Shown here one piece after another: positions 27,492-31,463 of a stretch of 31,463 nucleotides of DNA. A model generated the notes under the pieces. The model searched no databases. It was not told where the DNA came from and worked only from the letters and a program-made list of their open reading frames with translations. Within the stretch, counting starts at the first letter, position 1; each line of letters starts with the position of its first letter. Source of the stretch: Shewanellaceae bacterium (GTDB taxonomy: Bacteria; Pseudomonadota; Gammaproteobacteria; Enterobacterales; Shewanellaceae); contig JADHND010000001.1 in assembly GCA_016779685.1 (NCBI GenBank), positions 1-31,463 on the forward strand, read 5' to 3'. Both the position numbers and the translations under genes were made by a program.

Positions 27492-29128
27492 ATACATGTT
27501 GCGACATGATTAACCAGTGAAGCATATTCTATGAAGGGTTGGGTATTGAAATGTTTACTGGGAAGTTGCTTGAAAAAGTCCAGCATAAGTTCTTCATAAG
27601 TTATTGATAGAACTTCGTGTTCAAAGTTGACATCGTTGATGATGTTAGGAAAGCGAGCGCCTCCGTTGATTAAAAAATCGGGTAGTGTAAAAGTGTAGAT
27701 TTTTTCAGGTAGCAAAGGTTTGTTGTTTACCCGAAATTGATCCAACACTTTGGCACGTCCGTAAGAATGTATCTCCATGGAGATATTGTAATACTGGGGC
27801 TTTTGATGTTGAAAAATTCGGTTCATATAACGCATAATGGTTCGACCATTGGCCTTGATGAGGACGATCTTATTCTTGAAAGGTGTAATTTTTTGTAAAT
27901 CAAGAAAGGTTATTTTGCCTTGAGGCAAACCAGCCCGAATTCCACGGTTGTTAAATAAAGCAAAATCAACATTAAGCAGTTTAATTTGCGCGAACAGTAC
28001 CAACAAGCTGACGGGTTTTTGCCCCCATCTGCCACAATGGTTTGTTAATGCGTGACTCAAGTAAGCAACCTCCGTTTGTTTGAGGTGATCGATTTTTCGA
28101 ACATATTTATCTAAAATTTTATAAACAAGTGGATTGGGCGTAAACCGATCAGTGCCTCCATCTTTATGTAAGTTAACTGGAATGTTTTCTTGTATCTCAG
28201 CGGTTAATGTACCATCTTTTAAGTGAAACTTGGTGGCACTGACGTAACCAAAACCTTTATTACCTTGAACAATCCATGTGTTTCGGTGTAAATAAGGTCT
28301 GCAGAATTTTGTTTTATCGTAAGCTGGTTCAATGCAAGCCGTGTCTTCATCATGTCCCATTAAAAAAATATGAGGTGTTTTGAGCTGTAATTGATCGATG
28401 ATCAGATGTTGCTCTATTTTTTTGCTTTCCATTAAGCGGTGAGTTAGATGTCCCGCATGAAAAAGGGTGATAATTAAATCAGGATGCTCCTTACTTTCGA
28501 TGTTTCGATAAATTTCTTGGCTATGGGTAACAGGGTCCAGTACAGTTAAATGTCTGATGTTGTGTTTAGCGACATTGTCTGTAAATTGACGCCCAGTGAG
28601 GCCGATCACAGCAATTTTTAAACCTTTTCGATGAACAATATGATAAGGTTTAACTAACGTTTGGTGAGGATATCTTTTTAAAACAATGTTGGCGGATAGA
28701 AATGGAAAGTTTGCCCACAGTCGTTGTTGTTTTAAAATGTTCGGTGCATTGTCAAATTCATGATTGCCTAAGCTCATGGCATCATATTTAAGCAAATTCA
28801 TACCTATAAAATCGGGTTGTGCTGATTGTAAATCTGATTCCGGCGTGCCAGTATTCACATCACCGGTAGAAAATGTCAGGACTGCTTGTTGCGTTTTCTG
28901 GGCATTGCTTCTTAATATATCAAACAGGGTTTTTTTGGCAGGCATGCCAGATTCACCGTCTTTATTTTCCCAAAAATGACCATTGTTATTATGTGTGTGA
29001 ATTAGGAGCAATGAGACTGTTTTATTGGTATCTCCTGCTATCGCAACACAACACCATCCTAACCATAGGGAACTTAAAAAAAATGGGACTCGAACGAAAA
29101 CCTTAAACATATAAACTCCATTTAACAA
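27488..29128 (-). CDS. UshA-like 5'-nucleotidase/UDP-sugar hydrolase, exported, with an altered metal site
   Basis: Signal-peptide-like N-terminus; GDVNTGTPESDLQ, YDAMSLGNHEFD, FPFLSANI, GIRAGL and ITPFKN match UshA; motif I is degenerate (HTHNNNG). Start could be the second Met (29110). Confidence 0.85.
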   Translation of the reverse strand: MLNGVYMFKVFVRVPFFLSSLWLGWCCVAIAGDTNKTVSLLLIHTHNNNGHFWENKDGESGMPAKKTLFDILRSNAQKTQQAVLTFSTGDVNTGTPESDLQSAQPDFIGMNLLKYDAMSLGNHEFDNAPNILKQQRLWANFPFLSANIVLKRYPHQTLVKPYHIVHRKGLKIAVIGLTGRQFTDNVAKHNIRHLTVLDPVTHSQEIYRNIESKEHPDLIITLFHAGHLTHRLMESKKIEQHLIIDQLQLKTPHIFLMGHDEDTACIEPAYDKTKFCRPYLHRNTWIVQGNKGFGYVSATKFHLKDGTLTAEIQENIPVNLHKDGGTDRFTPNPLVYKILDKYVRKIDHLKQTEVAYLSHALTNHCGRWGQKPVSLLVLFAQIKLLNVDFALFNNRGIRAGLPQGKITFLDLQKITPFKNKIVLIKANGRTIMRYMNRIFQHQKPQYYNISMEIHSYGRAKVLDQFRVNNKPLLPEKIYTFTLPDFLINGGARFPNIINDVNFEHEVLSITYEELMLDFFKQLPSKHFNTQPFIEYASLVNHVATCI

Positions 29129-29266
29129 ACTAAGGTGGGATTTGAATTTAAGCTAGGAAGGGAAAAGCTTAATGAAACCATCAAGATCATGTCAAAATTA
29201 AGAATAAAAAGCAAATTAATCCATTGATCTCAAAGGTTTGTAAAGATAAGGTTAAAAATAGAGATT

Positions 29267-29962
29267 TTATTTGTTAATTTTTTGTTTTGTTATGATTTGG
29301 ATCAACTGTTGAGGGCTGTTGATGAAATGATGCGCTGGCCAAGTGTCAATTTGATCACTTGGCTTATGAAAACCCCAAGTGACTGCAACTGAAATCATGC
29401 CGCTGTTATTCGCAGCTTCGATGTCTCTGGGTGCGTCACCCAGATAAAAGATGTTCTTGGGTTGCCGTTGAATATGTTGTGCTGCTAAAAACATAGGTTC
29501 ACTAAATGGTTTAGCTTTGGTGCAGGTATCGCCCGAGATCACCGTGCCGACACGCGGTTGCCAGTTGAGCTTATCAATCAAAGGTCGGGAGAACCGAGCT
29601 TCTTTGTTGGTGATAATGCCCCATGGAATCTGGTGCTCATCGAGCCAATTTAGAAGATGTTCTATGCCAGAGAAAGGGTGCGTTCGTTGACCATTGTTTC
29701 GCTGATAGTGATAGAGCATGCGTTGCTGGATTTGCCGTAAAATAGGTTCATGCACATTGACAATTTTTCTGTGGTTAAAGTGTGCTTTAACCATAGCATA
29801 CGCACCTTGCGATATTTCATGACGAATGACGGGTATTTCACAAGCCTCAAATTCATGCTCTTGCAAGGCTAAATTTAAAGCATCTATCAAGTCGGGCGAG
29901 GAATCCACCAATGTCCCATCCAAATCAAACAAGACGCCTAGTTTGCAGTAAGTGACACTCAT
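29267..29962 (-). CDS. HAD-superfamily phosphatase (Gph/MupP-like)
   Basis: VLFDLDGTLVDS, WGIITNK, GDT...AKPFSEP and YLGDAPRDIEAA; the ubiG-linked position is typical of MupP/Gph-like genes. Start at ATG 29962. Confidence 0.88.
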   Translation of the reverse strand: MSVTYCKLGVLFDLDGTLVDSSPDLIDALNLALQEHEFEACEIPVIRHEISQGAYAMVKAHFNHRKIVNVHEPILRQIQQRMLYHYQRNNGQRTHPFSGIEHLLNWLDEHQIPWGIITNKEARFSRPLIDKLNWQPRVGTVISGDTCTKAKPFSEPMFLAAQHIQRQPKNIFYLGDAPRDIEAANNSGMISVAVTWGFHKPSDQIDTWPAHHFINSPQQLIQIITKQKINK

Positions 29963-29984
29963 GGTGCTTCCTCTATTGATAAAC

Positions 29985-30704
29985 CTAGCTTGAGGCTGAA
30001 GGCTTGGTGGCCATAACCATGTAATTAACATCTAGTTTCATGGTATAGCTGAATTTCTCTATAAACGGATTATAGGTAATTCCCATGGTGTCTTCAACAT
30101 GTAGTTTGGCATACTCAATATACTCCATTAATTCAGAGGGTTTGATGAACTTTTCATATTGATGGGTGCCTTTAGGCAGCAAGCGTAATACGTATTCAGC
30201 GCCAATAATCGCTTTTATGTACGATTGAAAGTTACGATTGATGGTTGAAAAGAAGATACAACCATTTGGCTTTAGCATGTCGGCACACGCTAAAATAACA
30301 GCCTGTGGATCAGGCACATGCTCCAGCATTTCCATACAGGTAATCACATCAAAGTAGCTACGATGATCTGTACTAAATGACTCCGCTGTACTTTGATGAT
30401 AGCTGACGTTGACCTCACTGGTTGAAGCATGTTGCTTGGCAATTTCTAATGGCATTTTTCCCATATCAATACCGGTGACCACAGCCCCATGTTTCGCCAT
30501 ACCCTCGCTGAGGATGCCGCCACCACAGCCGACATCTAAGATTTTTTTTTCAAAGAAGCCGTCGCATTGACGTTCGATGTAATTCATACGTAAAGGGTTG
30601 AGTTGATGAAGAGGCTTAAAGCTACCAACAGGGTTCCACCATTCTTGGGCCAGTTTTTCAAACTTTGCAATCTCTTCGTGATCGACGTTAGAAAATGTTT
30701 CCAT
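29985..30704 (-). CDS. ubiG: Bifunctional 2-polyprenyl-6-hydroxyphenol / 3-demethylubiquinol O-methyltransferase
   Basis: NVDHEEIAKFEKLA-WW, KPLHQLNPLR, ILDVGCGGGILSE, FDVITCMEMLEHVPDP and GTHQYEKFIKPSEL. Confidence 0.96.
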   Translation of the reverse strand: METFSNVDHEEIAKFEKLAQEWWNPVGSFKPLHQLNPLRMNYIERQCDGFFEKKILDVGCGGGILSEGMAKHGAVVTGIDMGKMPLEIAKQHASTSEVNVSYHQSTAESFSTDHRSYFDVITCMEMLEHVPDPQAVILACADMLKPNGCIFFSTINRNFQSYIKAIIGAEYVLRLLPKGTHQYEKFIKPSELMEYIEYAKLHVEDTMGITYNPFIEKFSYTMKLDVNYMVMATKPSASS

Positions 30705-30884
30705 AAAGTGACCTTTGCAATTAAAAATTAAAAGCTTATTTTATATGCTTTCTACCGCATTAGGTAATCTTTGTGGTAGAATATTGAAAATTTTTACTGA
30801 ATTGTTTGAATCAATCAGTTTTCAATAAGTATAGAGCATATCTTTGTATTTTATACTGTGCTTGATGATAGGAATGAACCTCAT

Positions 30885-31463
30885 ATGACAGAATTAGCAC
30901 CCTCAATTACACGAGTCAATATTGAAAAAGAATTAAAAAGCTCTTATCTAGTTTATGCAATGAGTGTTATTGTCGGTAGAGCACTACCTGATATTCGCGA
31001 TGGCCTCAAGCCTGTTCATAGGCGTACTTTGTTTGCGATGCATCAACTACATAATGACTGGAATAAACCTTTCAAAAAATCGGCACGTGTGGTCGGTGAT
31101 GTCATAGGTAAATATCACCCACATGGTGACAGCGCTGTTTACGATACCATTGTACGTATGGCGCAAGATTTCTCCTTGCGGTACACCCTAGTGGATGGCC
31201 AAGGTAACTTTGGTTCAATTGATGGTGACTCTCCAGCAGCGATGCGATATACCGAAATTCGTATGGAAAAAATTGCCCATGAGCTGTTGTCAGACCTAGA
31301 CAAAGAAACCGTCGATTTCGTACTTAACTATGATGAAACTGAACAGATTCCAGATGTTTTTCCTACTCGGATTCCAAATTTATTGATCAATGGTTCTTCT
31401 GGTATCGCAGTTGGAATGGCCACCAATATTCCGCCGCACAACTTAACAGAAGTTGTTAGTGGT
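30885..31463 (+). CDS. gyrA: DNA gyrase subunit A, N-terminal fragment (runs off the window)
   Basis: My translation from ATG 30885: [47 protein letters not shown]...[19 protein letters not shown]...AAMRYTE; divergent from ubiG as in E. coli. Confidence 0.97.
   Translation, partial: MTELAPSITRVNIEKELKSSYLVYAMSVIVGRALPDIRDGLKPVHRRTLFAMHQLHNDWNKPFKKSARVVGDVIGKYHPHGDSAVYDTIVRMAQDFSLRYTLVDGQGNFGSIDGDSPAAMRYTEIRMEKIAHELLSDLDKETVDFVLNYDETEQIPDVFPTRIPNLLINGSSGIAVGMATNIPPHNLTEVVSG

Noticed and set aside
429-29856. The many 60-170 aa ORFs nested in or antisense to annotated genes
   Set aside because: Shadow ORFs of well-supported genes, with no recognisable motifs.
7187-30031. Longer ORF-track starts for GDT1, apt, dnaX, ybaB, sbcB, deoC, epd and the HAD phosphatase
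   Set aside because: The extensions precede the conserved N-termini or overlap neighbours; downstream ATGs give typical lengths.

Overview
Gammaproteobacterial core-genome window (gene content resembles Shewanella/Vibrio/Alteromonadales relatives; inference). Order: uvrB 3' end, rhombosortase, GDT1/TMEM165 transporter, TyrP-like permease, DAACS symporter, SRP RNA (ffs, minus strand, not in the ORF track), DASS transporter, bactofilin, apt-dnaX-ybaB-recR, a 1.18 kb non-coding gap, astE-bkdA1-bkdA2-bkdB, cdd and sbcB, deoC-deoD, a long PilZ-domain protein, tkt-epd-pgk, a UshA-like 5'-nucleotidase, HAD phosphatase and ubiG, and the gyrA 5' end. I saw no transposase, integrase, CRISPR array, tRNA or rRNA. 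The standout is the recR-astE gap (about 10975-12000). By hand it folds on the + strand into one nested multi-domain structure: the 5' end pairs with the 3' end over about 930 nt, and there is a perfect 14-bp long-range helix, many G-U-containing stems and a repeated GUUGA motif. It matches no RNA class I recognise and is a candidate large non-coding RNA; this is untested computationally. Secondary theme: several proteins lack conserved functional residues (rhombosortase His, UshA metal ligands, PilZ c-di-GMP motifs) and some usual neighbour genes are absent.
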